Position numbers and translations under genes: made by a program
Notes under the pieces: generated by a model
Database searches by the model: none
What the model saw: the letters and a program-made list of their open reading frames with translations, nothing else
Told to the model about the DNA's origin: nothing
Part shown: positions 9,346 to 18,870 of the stretch, one piece after another
How the letters are laid out: each line of letters starts with the position of its first letter
Position numbering within the stretch: position 1 is the stretch's first letter
DNA from: Armatimonadota bacterium
GTDB taxonomy: Bacteria; Armatimonadota; UBA5829; DTLH01
Length of the DNA: 64,000 nucleotides
Reading direction: 5' to 3'
NCBI GenBank assembly: GCA_039679675.1
Contig: JBDKUN010000019.1
Span: forward strand, 11,017-75,016

Positions 9346-10701
9346 ATGACCAGCAAGACTCATTTTATCGGCATAGGTGGAGCCGGGATGAGCGCTATAG
9401 CTCGTGTGATGCATCACCGGGGCGAAAGCGTTTCAGGTTCCGATCAAAGAGAAAGCAAGACAACCGACACCTTGTTGTCTGAAGGCATAGATGTAAAAAT
9501 AGGGCACGATGCGGCTAATGTGAAGGGCGCATCGCTCGTGGTTTACTCAGCGGCAGTGCCGGAAGACAACCCGGAACGCGTGGAAGCCGTGCGGTTGGGA
9601 ATCCCGACTATCAGCAGGGCCGAAATGCTTGGCCGGTTAATGAAGCCTTACCACCACAGAGTCGCCATTACCGGCACACACGGTAAAACCACGACTACAT
9701 CTATGGTCAGTATGGTGCTTTCTGCTGCGAAACTCGATCCGACTGTGCTGATAGGGGGAGATCTGAACGCCCTCGGCGGGAATGCGCGGGTCGGCGCCAA
9801 GTCGCTTTTTGTGGCGGAAGCCTGCGAAGCATTCAACTCCTTTCTGGACCTTTATCCCAGCATCGCTGTTATAACCAATATTGATGCGGACCATCTGGAC
9901 TACCATGGAACGCTCGAAAATATCATCAAGAGCTTCGAGAAGTTCGTGAGCCAGGTGGATGACGACGGCTGCGTGATAGCCTGCGTAGATGACCCCAATG
10001 TCTGCAATATTCTGAAGAATGTATCGAAACGTATCATCGGTTATTCGGTCAATGGAAATGGTGATATTCGCGCTGAAGATATTTCGGTCGACTCTCCACA
10101 GGCAAGTTATGAGCTCGTTAAGGACGGCGAGAGGCTTGGAAGGGTGACGCTTGGTGTTACAGGTGTGCAGAATATCGCCAATTCTCTTGCGGCGGCCGCG
10201 ACCGGGTTCGAGCTTGGTGTGAGTTTCGATGCAATCCGCGCGGGGCTCGCCGATTTTACCGGTACAGGCCGCAGGTTCGAGCAGATTGCCACGATAAACG
10301 ACATTATGATCATCGATGACTACGCTCACCATCCGACAGAGATCAAAGCAACGCTTACTTCCGCCCGCGCTGGGTGGAACAGAAGAATCGTAGCAGTTTT
10401 CCAGCCGCACCTCTATTCCCGCACTAAATTCTTTGCCAAGGAGTTCGCGGAAGCCCTTTCGAATGCCGATGTTGTGGTAGTGACGGGCATTTATGCCGCC
10501 CGCGAGAAGCCGATAGAAGGCGTGACAGCTGAAATGATTGCAAATAAGATCGAGAACTCCAAAGTCCACTACATACCGGACAAGTCGAATATAGTGGACT
10601 TTTTGCTGACCGAGATCAAGCCCGGAGATATGGTCATAACTATCGGGGCAGGCGACATTAGGACCGTTGGAGAAGATTTAGCTGCCAAAGTGGGCCGGTA
10701 G
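9346..10701 (+). CDS. murC: UDP-MurNAc:L-Ala ligase
   Basis: HFIGIGGAGMS, GTHGKTTT, DADHLDY, DDYAHHPTE, FQPHLYSRT. Confidence 0.97.
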   Translation: MTSKTHFIGIGGAGMSAIARVMHHRGESVSGSDQRESKTTDTLLSEGIDVKIGHDAANVKGASLVVYSAAVPEDNPERVEAVRLGIPTISRAEMLGRLMKPYHHRVAITGTHGKTTTTSMVSMVLSAAKLDPTVLIGGDLNALGGNARVGAKSLFVAEACEAFNSFLDLYPSIAVITNIDADHLDYHGTLENIIKSFEKFVSQVDDDGCVIACVDDPNVCNILKNVSKRIIGYSVNGNGDIRAEDISVDSPQASYELVKDGERLGRVTLGVTGVQNIANSLAAAATGFELGVSFDAIRAGLADFTGTGRRFEQIATINDIMIIDDYAHHPTEIKATLTSARAGWNRRIVAVFQPHLYSRTKFFAKEFAEALSNADVVVVTGIYAAREKPIEGVTAEMIANKIENSKVHYIPDKSNIVDFLLTEIKPGDMVITIGAGDIRTVGEDLAAKVGR

Positions 10702-10747
10702 GTACTTTCTTCCTTTCGTGAAAAAAGCCCTTGGGCTATAGAGTATA

Positions 10748-11248
10748 ATGATTAAAAAGATAAACTTGGCAATACTTCTGCTCATCATTTCCGTAAGTCT
10801 TCCTGCATATGCGGGGACGTTTTCGGACAAGGTGGGCGATTTTACGTTCCCTGCGATAGGGATAGCTGCTGCGCTTCCTGCGCTTGAAGGGTCAAAGGGC
10901 TTCCCTGAGGCTGCCCGCCGGTACGACGGTGTGCTTGTGGCGCTTTCCGTGACGGGACTGCTCAAAGAGTGTGTCCATGAGTGGCGGCCTGACCGGAGTG
11001 ATGACAAGAGCTTCCCAAGCGCCCATACAGCGGCGGCATTTGCTGTCGCCGAAACGCTTTCGGAGGAGCATCCCAAAGATAAGTGGCTGTATTACGGCCT
11101 CGCAGCGCTTATAGGATGGTCAAGAGTCGAAAGCGATAAACATTACTGGCGTGATGTCGCGGCTGGGGCGGCTATAGGGTACACTTCAGGCAAATGGTCA
11201 ATAGAAAGCAGCGACGGAATATTAATAGGTAAGGTTTTCAGGTGGTAA
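10748..11248 (+). CDS. PAP2-family phosphatase
   Basis: K..VHEWRP, FPSAH, SRVESDKHYWRDV; N-terminal signal-like segment. Confidence 0.85.
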   Translation: MIKKINLAILLLIISVSLPAYAGTFSDKVGDFTFPAIGIAAALPALEGSKGFPEAARRYDGVLVALSVTGLLKECVHEWRPDRSDDKSFPSAHTAAAFAVAETLSEEHPKDKWLYYGLAALIGWSRVESDKHYWRDVAAGAAIGYTSGKWSIESSDGILIGKVFRW

Positions 11249-11249
11249 T

Positions 11250-12293
11250 ATGCTAAAAGTCGGAATTATCGGCGCTTCCGGTTATGCCGGAGGCGAATTG
11301 ATCAGGTATCTGCTGGGACACCCGGAGGCAAAGATCACTTATCTTGCTTCGGATACATATAGGGGAAAGCACATAGGGTGTGCGTTTTCCAGCTTGCTTG
11401 GGCATGACCTGCCGCAGTGCTGTTCCTTCAGCGAAGACGGCGGTACGGACCGGGCGGATGTATTTTTCCTTGCTCAACACAACGGGTGGGCCATGAAGAT
11501 TGCTCCTCAGCTCCTGGATGAAGGGAAGAAAGTCATCGACATGTCGGCGGACTTCAGGTTCCGCGACGCAGGAGTCTACGAGCAGTGGTATAAGACCGAG
11601 CATATTACCAAAGACCTGTCTCGAAAGGCCGTCTACGGGCTGCCAGAGCTGAAAAAGGAGTCGATTGTTTCGGCGTCCCTCATCGCAAACCCCGGCTGCT
11701 ACCCGACCAGCGCGATACTCGCTCTTGCCCCGGCTGTGTCATCGGGGTTGGTCGATCCGTCAGGGATAATCGTAGACTCCAAATCCGGGCTTTCAGGGGC
11801 CGGACGAAGCAAATTTGAGGTTGGTTATCTTTTTTCGGAAGTGGACGGCAGTTTCAAGCCTTACGGAGTCGGCACACATCGCCATACGCCTGAGATAGAG
11901 CAGGAAATATCAGAACTTGCGGGGAAATCTGTCCGTATAAGCTTCTCTCCGCACCTCGTGCCGATGATCCGTGGGATTCTGACCACGGCGTACGCTTCTC
12001 TCACAAAAGACGCGGCAACAGCGGATGTTATCCAGATGTATAAAGAATATTATGCTAAGTCGCAGTTCGTGGTCGTTCTGGGCGAAGGGGAGTATCCTTC
12101 CACTAAGAGCGTCGCCGGAACGAACTACTGCCATATCGGCCTAAAAGTAGATAGCCGCACAGACCGGTTGATCGTAATGTCGGCGATTGATAATATGGGC
12201 AAAGGAGCAGCGGGCCAGGCGGTTCAAAATCTGAACCTTATATCCGGCCTGCCGGAAGACATGGGGCTTACCGGCACGGCGGTTTACCCGTAA
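11250..12293 (+). CDS. argC: N-acetyl-gamma-glutamyl-phosphate reductase
   Basis: GASGYAGGE, ANPGCYPT, HRHTPEI, IDNMGKGAAGQAVQN. Confidence 0.97.
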   Translation: MLKVGIIGASGYAGGELIRYLLGHPEAKITYLASDTYRGKHIGCAFSSLLGHDLPQCCSFSEDGGTDRADVFFLAQHNGWAMKIAPQLLDEGKKVIDMSADFRFRDAGVYEQWYKTEHITKDLSRKAVYGLPELKKESIVSASLIANPGCYPTSAILALAPAVSSGLVDPSGIIVDSKSGLSGAGRSKFEVGYLFSEVDGSFKPYGVGTHRHTPEIEQEISELAGKSVRISFSPHLVPMIRGILTTAYASLTKDAATADVIQMYKEYYAKSQFVVVLGEGEYPSTKSVAGTNYCHIGLKVDSRTDRLIVMSAIDNMGKGAAGQAVQNLNLISGLPEDMGLTGTAVYP

Positions 12294-12297
12294 TAAT

Positions 12298-13500
12298 ATG
12301 ATGAAGAAGATAGAAGGCGCGGTGACCGCGCCAAAGGGATTTTCAGCAGCAGGTGCGCGCTGCGGGATAAAGGCGCAGGGAACTGACCTCGCTCTCATCG
12401 TTTCAGATGTAGATGCGAGCTGTGCGGGGTTGTTTACTACCAACGCTTTCAAGGCTGCGCCGGTATTGGTGTCCTCTGAGCACGCAGCATCAGGACATAG
12501 CAGGGCTGTCGTGGCCAACAGCGGTAACGCGAACGCCTGCACAGGCGAGCGCGGCATGAGTGACGCAGTCCGCATGACAAGTCTTGTGGCGGATGCAGCC
12601 GGGTTGGATGTGAACGACGTAATGGTCTGCTCGACTGGCGTGATCGGCCATTTTCTGCCGATGGATAAGATCGAGGCCGGGATTAAGGCCGCAGCGCAGG
12701 CGCTTTCACCGGACGGCGGCCTCGATGCTGCCCGTGCAATAATGACAACAGACCGCCGCATGAAGGCTGTAGCCTATGAGTTCGAGATCGACGGCAAGCC
12801 TGTCAGAATGGGGGCGATTGCCAAAGGTTCCGGGATGATATGCCCGAATGTTGCCACCATGTTCTGTTTTATCACGACAGACGCCGCCATCGAGCCGGAA
12901 ATACTTCATTCTTGTCTGGCGAAGTCTGCAGAATGCTCTTTCAACAGCCTGACAGTCGATGGGGATACGAGCACAAACGACTCCGTGATCATGCTGGCAA
13001 ACGGTCTCGCAGGGAACAAAAAAATCGAGCCGGGAACCCCTGCTCTTGAGGTATTCCAATCGGTGCTCGATACCATTACTGTCGAATTAGCCCGCGAGAT
13101 AGCACGGGACGGGGAAGGCGCAACAAAACTTGTCGAAGTAGTGGTCAAAAATGCCGCCGGGTATCAGGGCGCCAAAACCATAGCCCTGACCATCGCCAAC
13201 TCGCCGCTCGTCAAGACTGCGGTCTTTGGTGAAGACCCCAACTGGGGCAGAATTCTTGCCGCTGCCGGCAGGTCCGGTGTAAAACTCGATCCCGCAAAGA
13301 TCGACCTTTACCTGGGCGATCTCTTGATCGTAAAAAACGGCAATCCGCTCGATCTCCCGGCCGATGAAGCCCGCCATCCGATGCTCGAACCGGAGATTGT
13401 AGTAACTCTGGATCTCAATATGGGCAGCTCATCGGCAAAAGTCTTCACGTGCGACTTCTCATACGACTACGTCAAGATCAATGCGGAGTATCATACGTAG
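12298..13500 (+). CDS. argJ: Ornithine acetyltransferase/N-acetylglutamate synthase
   Basis: NSGNANAC, AIMTTD, KGSGMICPNVATM (autocleavage site), DGDTSTND, DGEGATK, YVKINAEY. Confidence 0.97.
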   Translation: MMKKIEGAVTAPKGFSAAGARCGIKAQGTDLALIVSDVDASCAGLFTTNAFKAAPVLVSSEHAASGHSRAVVANSGNANACTGERGMSDAVRMTSLVADAAGLDVNDVMVCSTGVIGHFLPMDKIEAGIKAAAQALSPDGGLDAARAIMTTDRRMKAVAYEFEIDGKPVRMGAIAKGSGMICPNVATMFCFITTDAAIEPEILHSCLAKSAECSFNSLTVDGDTSTNDSVIMLANGLAGNKKIEPGTPALEVFQSVLDTITVELAREIARDGEGATKLVEVVVKNAAGYQGAKTIALTIANSPLVKTAVFGEDPNWGRILAAAGRSGVKLDPAKIDLYLGDLLIVKNGNPLDLPADEARHPMLEPEIVVTLDLNMGSSSAKVFTCDFSYDYVKINAEYHT

Positions 13501-13611
13501 GGAACAGAAAACTTCACTCGGGCTGTATTTGTAATGCAGCCCGCAGATCCCTACCACGTAGGAAACCATCCGCATCCCCTATTCCCTTCTTCTGAACATC
13601 CGTTCGCTTGC

Positions 13612-13640
13612 TTGCTCTTGAGCTGTGGCGATGGTATAAT
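13612..13640 (+). promoter_or_regulatory. Sigma70-type promoter, probably for polA, reading antisense through tRNA-Leu
   Basis: TTGCTC-17 nt-TATAAT with an extended -10 TG. Confidence 0.45.
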
Positions 13641-13677
13641 TTATTGTTTTGGATATGTGGCTTTTGCGAGGGATTAC

Positions 13678-13763
13678 TGGTGCCGAAGGTGGGACTCGAA
13701 CCCACACAAGGTCGCCCTTACCGGTTTTTGAGACCGGCGCGTCTACCATTCCGCCACTTCGGC
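13678..13763 (-). tRNA. tRNA-Leu, anticodon CAA
   Basis: Reverse complement GCCGAAG...TGGTAGACGC-GCCGGT-CTCAAAA-ACCGG-long variable arm-GGTTCGAGTCC-CTTCGGC-A-CCA gives a complete cloverleaf. Confidence 0.96.
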
Positions 13764-13772
13764 AAGTATCTT

Positions 13773-13801
13773 ATTATATGAACTCACTGAACCAAAGTCA
13801 A
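13773..13801 (-). promoter_or_regulatory. Sigma70 promoter of tRNA-Leu
   Basis: TTGACT-17 nt-TATAAT on the minus strand, 9 nt upstream of the tRNA. Confidence 0.7.
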
Positions 13802-13833
13802 GACAGGGAATTGGAAGGTCTCCAATAAACACA

Positions 13834-16572
13834 ATGAAAGATAACGGCGAAAGCCGAAGACATAAACTTGTAGCAATAGACGGAAACAGCCTGCTTTACA
13901 GGGCGTTTTTCGCGATGAAGCATCTCTCCACAGTAAGCGGTCAGCCGACTAACGCTGTCTATGGCTTCACGATGATGCTTCTCAGGCTGCTTCAGGAGGA
14001 GAAGCCTGATTCCATAATCGTGGCGTTCGATGCGCCCGTCAAGACGTTCCGGCATAAAGAATACGATGGTTATAAAGCCCATCGCAAGCCAACTCCTGAT
14101 GAGCTTCTTGCCCAGGCCCCGATTGCGCGTGAGATGGTCGAAGCATTCAGGATTCCTATGGTGGAAGTCCCCGGTTTCGAGGCGGACGATGTTATCGGCA
14201 CTGTCGCAAGACAGGCGTGCGAGCAGGGCTACGACACTCTGATAGTTACCGGCGACCTCGACGTACTTCAGCTCGTAAACGATTGCGTGAAGGTTATGAC
14301 TACGGTGAAGGGCGTCACCGACACGGTTATTTACGACGCGCAGGCGGTGGAGGACAGGTTCGGCATAACCCCAGAGCAGATGGTCGATTTCAAGGCACTG
14401 AAGGGCGATCCGTCGGACAATATACCCGGAGTGCCGGGGGTAGGGGACAAGACCGCTGCGATACTCGTGAAGAGGTTTGGGAGTGTTGAAACGCTCCTTG
14501 AGCACATCGGCGAGATCGAGCAGCCCAAGCTTCGCGCCACGTTGGAGAAGTCGGTCGAGCAGGCGAAAATGTCTAAATATCTGGCGCAGATCGTGACGGA
14601 TGTGCCGATTCAATACAGCCTTGATGAATTGAAGACCCGCGAACCGGACTATGAAAGGCTGCGCGAGCTGTTCCGCGAACTGGAGTTCAGGACGCTTATA
14701 AAGCGGCTTCCTGAGCCTTCGTCCGGCGAGGTTGTAGAAGACAGGCCGAAGGCGGAACTTGGAGCATGCAGGACGGTCGAAAGCGATAAAGAGTTTTCGG
14801 CGCTAATGGAGTGGCTCAAATCAGCTGGATCGTTTGCGCTCAGAACCCACCGGACACAGGGGAAGCCGACTGAGAGTGACCTTATCGGGATTTCTTTCTC
14901 GACAGGTTCTGGTGAGACAGCTTACGTGAGAATATCTGGCGGAGAAGACCCTGAAAACGGTGGACAAAGCCTTCTGATCGACTTCGGAGAAAGCCCGTTT
15001 GCCGTGGATGTGGCTGCATTTCGGGGTATTTTGGAGTCTTGCGATCTCCTCAAATGCGGCCATGACCTGAAATCTGACTATGAAGCACTCAAGCTGCGAG
15101 GTGTCAAACTTTGTGGAATGAGCTTTGACACTATGATAGGCGCGTACGTGCTGAACTCAGCAAGGAGCGGCTATGCGGTCAATGATGTCGCTTTCGAACA
15201 GCTTGGGCTTGAGCTTCCGCAGATAGACCGCAAGTCGAAGGACAAAGATTCGCAGCCGAGCCCGGAAAAAGTGACCTGCGCGGAGGCGGAAGCCGTGTGG
15301 CGGCTGGTCCCTGTGCTCCGCGAAAAGCTAGAACAGGACGATTTGATGGTCCTTCTCGAGAAGATAGAGATGCCGCTCATCCCTGTCCTTGCCGATATGG
15401 AGCTTCGCGGCGTATCTGTCGATACGGAATATCTGAGACAGCTTTCCGTGAGGCTAAACGATAGGATACGGGAGCTTGAACACGAAATTTATGCTTTGGC
15501 GGGCCACGAGTTCAACATAGGGTCGCCGAAACAGCTTCAGACGGTGCTTTATGAAGAGCGACAGATACCTGTGGGCAAGAAAAACAAGACCGGCTATTCG
15601 ACCAATGCGGAAACACTTGAGGCGCTTGCTACGGCACACCCGATAGTGGCAAAAATACTCGAGTGGCGTGAGCTTTCGAAGCTCAAATCGACATATGCAG
15701 ACGCACTTCCTAAACTGATTAACCCGAAAACGGGGAGAATCCACACATCGCTCAATCAAGCCGTGACCACGACCGGAAGGCTCTCATCAAGTGAGCCGAA
15801 TTTGCAGAATATACCGGTCCGGACGGAGATCGGCCGCGAGATACGAAATGCGTTTATCTCGACTGGTGAAAACCTGCTGGTCTCGGCGGACTACTCGCAG
15901 ATAGAGCTTAGAATTCTGGCGCATGTGACGGATGATTTCGAGCTTGTGAGGGCGTTCGAGTCGGGTGAGGACATTCACCTGCACACTGCTTCCACCGTGT
16001 TCGGCATTCCCGAAAGCGAAGTCACCCCGGATATGAGGCGGATCGCCAAAACGGTAAACTTTGCAGTTATTTACGGAATGAGTGACTTCGGCCTTGCCCG
16101 TGAGCTCGGTATTCCGAACAGAGAAGCACGTAGCTTCATTGACCGTTACTTCGCAAAGTTCCCCGGAGTAAGGCGCTATACGGATGAAACGCTGGATTAC
16201 GCGAGAGAAAAGGGGTATGTAACGACGCTTATAGGGCGGAGACGCTACATTCCTGAAATTCACAGCGGAAACAGGAATTTCAGGCTGTTTGCCGAACGCG
16301 CTGCAGTGAACATGCCTATCCAGGGCGCGGCAGCGGACATGATGAAGCTCGCGATGATCGCTGTAGACCGCGCGCTCGAAAAAGAGGGGTTGAAGACCCA
16401 GATGATCCTGCAGGTCCATGATGAATTGGTGTTCGAAGTCCCGCCGGAAGAGGTCAGCCGGGTAGTCCCATTAGTGAAGAATTTGATGGAAACTGCATAT
16501 CCCCTGGCTGTCCCGCTCCTGGCGGACGTAAAAATCGGGAAGAATTGGGCCGAAATGGAGCCGGTCTCTTGA
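13834..16572 (+). CDS. polA: DNA polymerase I
   Basis: IDGNSLLYRAF, EADD, GDPSDNIPGVPGVG, TGRLSS..PNLQNIP, DYSQIELR, QVHDEL. Confidence 0.98.
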   Translation: MKDNGESRRHKLVAIDGNSLLYRAFFAMKHLSTVSGQPTNAVYGFTMMLLRLLQEEKPDSIIVAFDAPVKTFRHKEYDGYKAHRKPTPDELLAQAPIAREMVEAFRIPMVEVPGFEADDVIGTVARQACEQGYDTLIVTGDLDVLQLVNDCVKVMTTVKGVTDTVIYDAQAVEDRFGITPEQMVDFKALKGDPSDNIPGVPGVGDKTAAILVKRFGSVETLLEHIGEIEQPKLRATLEKSVEQAKMSKYLAQIVTDVPIQYSLDELKTREPDYERLRELFRELEFRTLIKRLPEPSSGEVVEDRPKAELGACRTVESDKEFSALMEWLKSAGSFALRTHRTQGKPTESDLIGISFSTGSGETAYVRISGGEDPENGGQSLLIDFGESPFAVDVAAFRGILESCDLLKCGHDLKSDYEALKLRGVKLCGMSFDTMIGAYVLNSARSGYAVNDVAFEQLGLELPQIDRKSKDKDSQPSPEKVTCAEAEAVWRLVPVLREKLEQDDLMVLLEKIEMPLIPVLADMELRGVSVDTEYLRQLSVRLNDRIRELEHEIYALAGHEFNIGSPKQLQTVLYEERQIPVGKKNKTGYSTNAETLEALATAHPIVAKILEWRELSKLKSTYADALPKLINPKTGRIHTSLNQAVTTTGRLSSSEPNLQNIPVRTEIGREIRNAFISTGENLLVSADYSQIELRILAHVTDDFELVRAFESGEDIHLHTASTVFGIPESEVTPDMRRIAKTVNFAVIYGMSDFGLARELGIPNREARSFIDRYFAKFPGVRRYTDETLDYAREKGYVTTLIGRRRYIPEIHSGNRNFRLFAERAAVNMPIQGAAADMMKLAMIAVDRALEKEGLKTQMILQVHDELVFEVPPEEVSRVVPLVKNLMETAYPLAVPLLADVKIGKNWAEMEPVS

Positions 16573-16869
16573 CGCAGGATTAAGTAAAGTTTATTATATG
16601 CTTTGTGTAGCAATTTCCGCATGGCACATATGTTGTTGCGCGGCTTCTGTTTATACAAAATATGTTTCGGAGCCGGGTTGAGCAGCAGTCAACTCCGGGC
16701 GCTGTTAGGGCCTTTTCCGGTTGGCCGTATGTAAATCAAACCGGTAGAGATTGTGCTGTCAAAAACTCTGCTGCGGTTTTTGAACGACAAGTAAATTTGG
16801 GTTCCGCATACAATACGGCGATGTCGTGTTCTTTACGGGTGATTCCCAATGAGAGGAGTGTCCTAACAG

Positions 16870-18600
16870 ATGCTGGACGAGAATAAAGACCAAGAGACGA
16901 ACCCTGCAGCCAATGAGTGGTCGGGAACACCGTTCCAAGGCTGGAAAGATTCTGAAAATGGGGAGACTGAAGTGCAAGGAGAAGAGGGACAGGTGGTCGA
17001 TCCTGTAAAAGAAGATGTAACTGGGGCTGAAACCCCCGGCGATTCAAATGAGGATGCAACACCTGCTGAGGAGCCTTCGAAGCCGAGCGAAAGTCCGGCC
17101 GAAGTGCCCGAAAAAACTCAGCCTGCGCCCCAGGATAACGCGGGACAGCCCGTAGACTATTCCCAGACTTTTCGCTCACTTCAGGAAGGGGATGTCGTTA
17201 AGGGAGTCGTTGTTCATATAGATAAGGAAGGCGTGCTGGTCGATGTGGGCACTAAGTCTGAGGGAATTGTTCGTCCGAACGAACTGAGCCGTCAAACAAA
17301 TCTTCAGCCGGAAGAAGTCGTTTCAGTCGGCGACAAGATTGACGTATATGTAATGCAGCCAGAAGATCAGGACGGCGGGCTGGTGCTTTCCAAGAAGCGC
17401 GCTGATTTCGAGCGCGCATGGGAGCGGGTAGAAGAAGCCCATCGAAGCGGCAAGACTCTTACAGCTATGGTTTCCGACCGGGTCAAAGGCGGAATCGTAG
17501 TTGATCTGGGCATCCGGGGATTCGTTCCGGCTTCCCACGTGGGCAGCGGCAAGATAAAGAACCTCGATAAGTACGTCGGGCAGTCGATCCCGCTGAAGGT
17601 GATCGAAGTAGACCGGGACCGCCGGAAGGTCGTTCTTTCCAACAGGCTTGCAACCGAGGACGAGCGGGAGAAACAGAGAGCGGAAACGCTTAAAACACTT
17701 GCCGAAGGGCAGGTTAGAGGCGGCGTTGTGCGCAGAATTACCGATTACGGCGCATTCGTTGATCTGGGCGGTATCGATGGCTTGCTTCATATCAGCGAGA
17801 TGTCATGGACGAGGATCAAGCATCCTTCCGATGTCGTCAAAGTCGGAGATAAGATCCAGGTAATGGTACTCAAGCTCAACCTGGACCAGGGGAAGGTTTC
17901 CCTTGGACTCAGGCAGATCCTGCCGGATCCGTGGGCTGAAGTGGAAGCCAGATACCATGTCGGCGACGTTATCAAGGGTAATGTCTCGCGGCTGGTTCCG
18001 TTTGGCGCGTTCGTGCAGGTCGAAGGTGGTATCGAGGGTATTATTCCCAACTCCGAACTTGCAGTCCGCCGTGTGAGCAAACCTGAGGATGTGGTTTCCG
18101 TAGGCCAGGAGGTCGAGGTTAAAGTTATCGACGTCAGACCGGAGGAACGCAGAATGACCCTGTCGCTCAGGCAATTGCAGCCGCAGCCTCAGAGGGAGCA
18201 AAGAGAGCGGTCCGAACCGAGCTACAGCGCCTACAACCGGGAAGAGCCCAAGACGACCATCGGCGATCTGTTCGGTGATATGATCCGTGAAGCCAGAGTC
18301 GAGCGCCGCGAGCGAAAGCGCCGCGAACGTGAAGAAGCCGATGATGTCGAGATGACTATCGACGCAGAAGAGCCGATGTTCCCTGAACCGGCTGAGACTC
18401 CGGCGGCTGAAGCAGTCGAAGAGACTCCCGAAGTAGCTGAGGAAGCTGCAGCAGTAGTCGAAGAGACCCCTGCAGAACCTCAGCAGGAAGCTGCCGAGAC
18501 TGTAGAGGCTGTAGAGGCATCCGAAGAGCCGAAAGCTCAAGCCGAAGAGACAGAGACTTCTGAGCCCGCAGCTGAGGATGAAGAGTCTAAGGCCGAGTAG
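16870..18600 (+). CDS. rpsA: 30S ribosomal protein S1 (four S1 domains, long acidic termini)
   Basis: VDVGTKSEG, GIRGFVPASH, DYGAFVDLGGIDGLLHISEMSW, PFGAFV. Confidence 0.95.
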   Translation: MLDENKDQETNPAANEWSGTPFQGWKDSENGETEVQGEEGQVVDPVKEDVTGAETPGDSNEDATPAEEPSKPSESPAEVPEKTQPAPQDNAGQPVDYSQTFRSLQEGDVVKGVVVHIDKEGVLVDVGTKSEGIVRPNELSRQTNLQPEEVVSVGDKIDVYVMQPEDQDGGLVLSKKRADFERAWERVEEAHRSGKTLTAMVSDRVKGGIVVDLGIRGFVPASHVGSGKIKNLDKYVGQSIPLKVIEVDRDRRKVVLSNRLATEDEREKQRAETLKTLAEGQVRGGVVRRITDYGAFVDLGGIDGLLHISEMSWTRIKHPSDVVKVGDKIQVMVLKLNLDQGKVSLGLRQILPDPWAEVEARYHVGDVIKGNVSRLVPFGAFVQVEGGIEGIIPNSELAVRRVSKPEDVVSVGQEVEVKVIDVRPEERRMTLSLRQLQPQPQREQRERSEPSYSAYNREEPKTTIGDLFGDMIREARVERRERKRREREEADDVEMTIDAEEPMFPEPAETPAAEAVEETPEVAEEAAAVVEETPAEPQQEAAETVEAVEASEEPKAQAEETETSEPAAEDEESKAE

Positions 18601-18625
18601 ATACAGGCTTAGCCTGATTTAGTAT

Positions 18626-18662
18626 AAAAAAGCCGCATGAGCCAGTTTCATGCGGCTTTTTT
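18626..18662 (+). terminator. Intrinsic terminator after rpsA (A/T tracts on both sides)
   Basis: AAAAAAGCCGCATGA-gccagtt-TCATGCGGCTTTTTT. Confidence 0.85.
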
Positions 18663-18763
18663 GCTGCCTTTTTCGCTCCTGCCAGGCAAGCATGGGCATG
18701 TTCAAGTGTAGGTCGAAATATTGGACAAGGACGGGATTTAGGGGAAAGGGTATAAACACTCCT

Positions 18764-18797
18764 GTGTTTCGGGACGAAAAGCAGTCCCGAAGCACGA
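18764..18797. repeat. REP-like palindrome, copy 1
   Basis: GTGTTTCGGGAC-8 nt-GTCCCGAAGCACGA; near-identical arms recur at 39616. Confidence 0.65.
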
Positions 18798-18870
18798 TTA
18801 TCCACCAATCTCATCCTTAAATAATTTCCCTTGCCTGCCGGCTTCAAAATGATGTAATCTGTGTAATGCA

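Noticed and set aside
13500..13678. Integrated element at the tRNA-Leu 3' end
   Set aside because: No integrase or duplicated tRNA-Leu end nearby; argJ follows within 180 bp
6459..17790. Long antisense ORFs (e.g. 6556-7446, 9637-10569, 13798-14613, 15787-16419)
   Set aside because: They shadow conserved housekeeping genes on the opposite strand and carry no recognisable motifs
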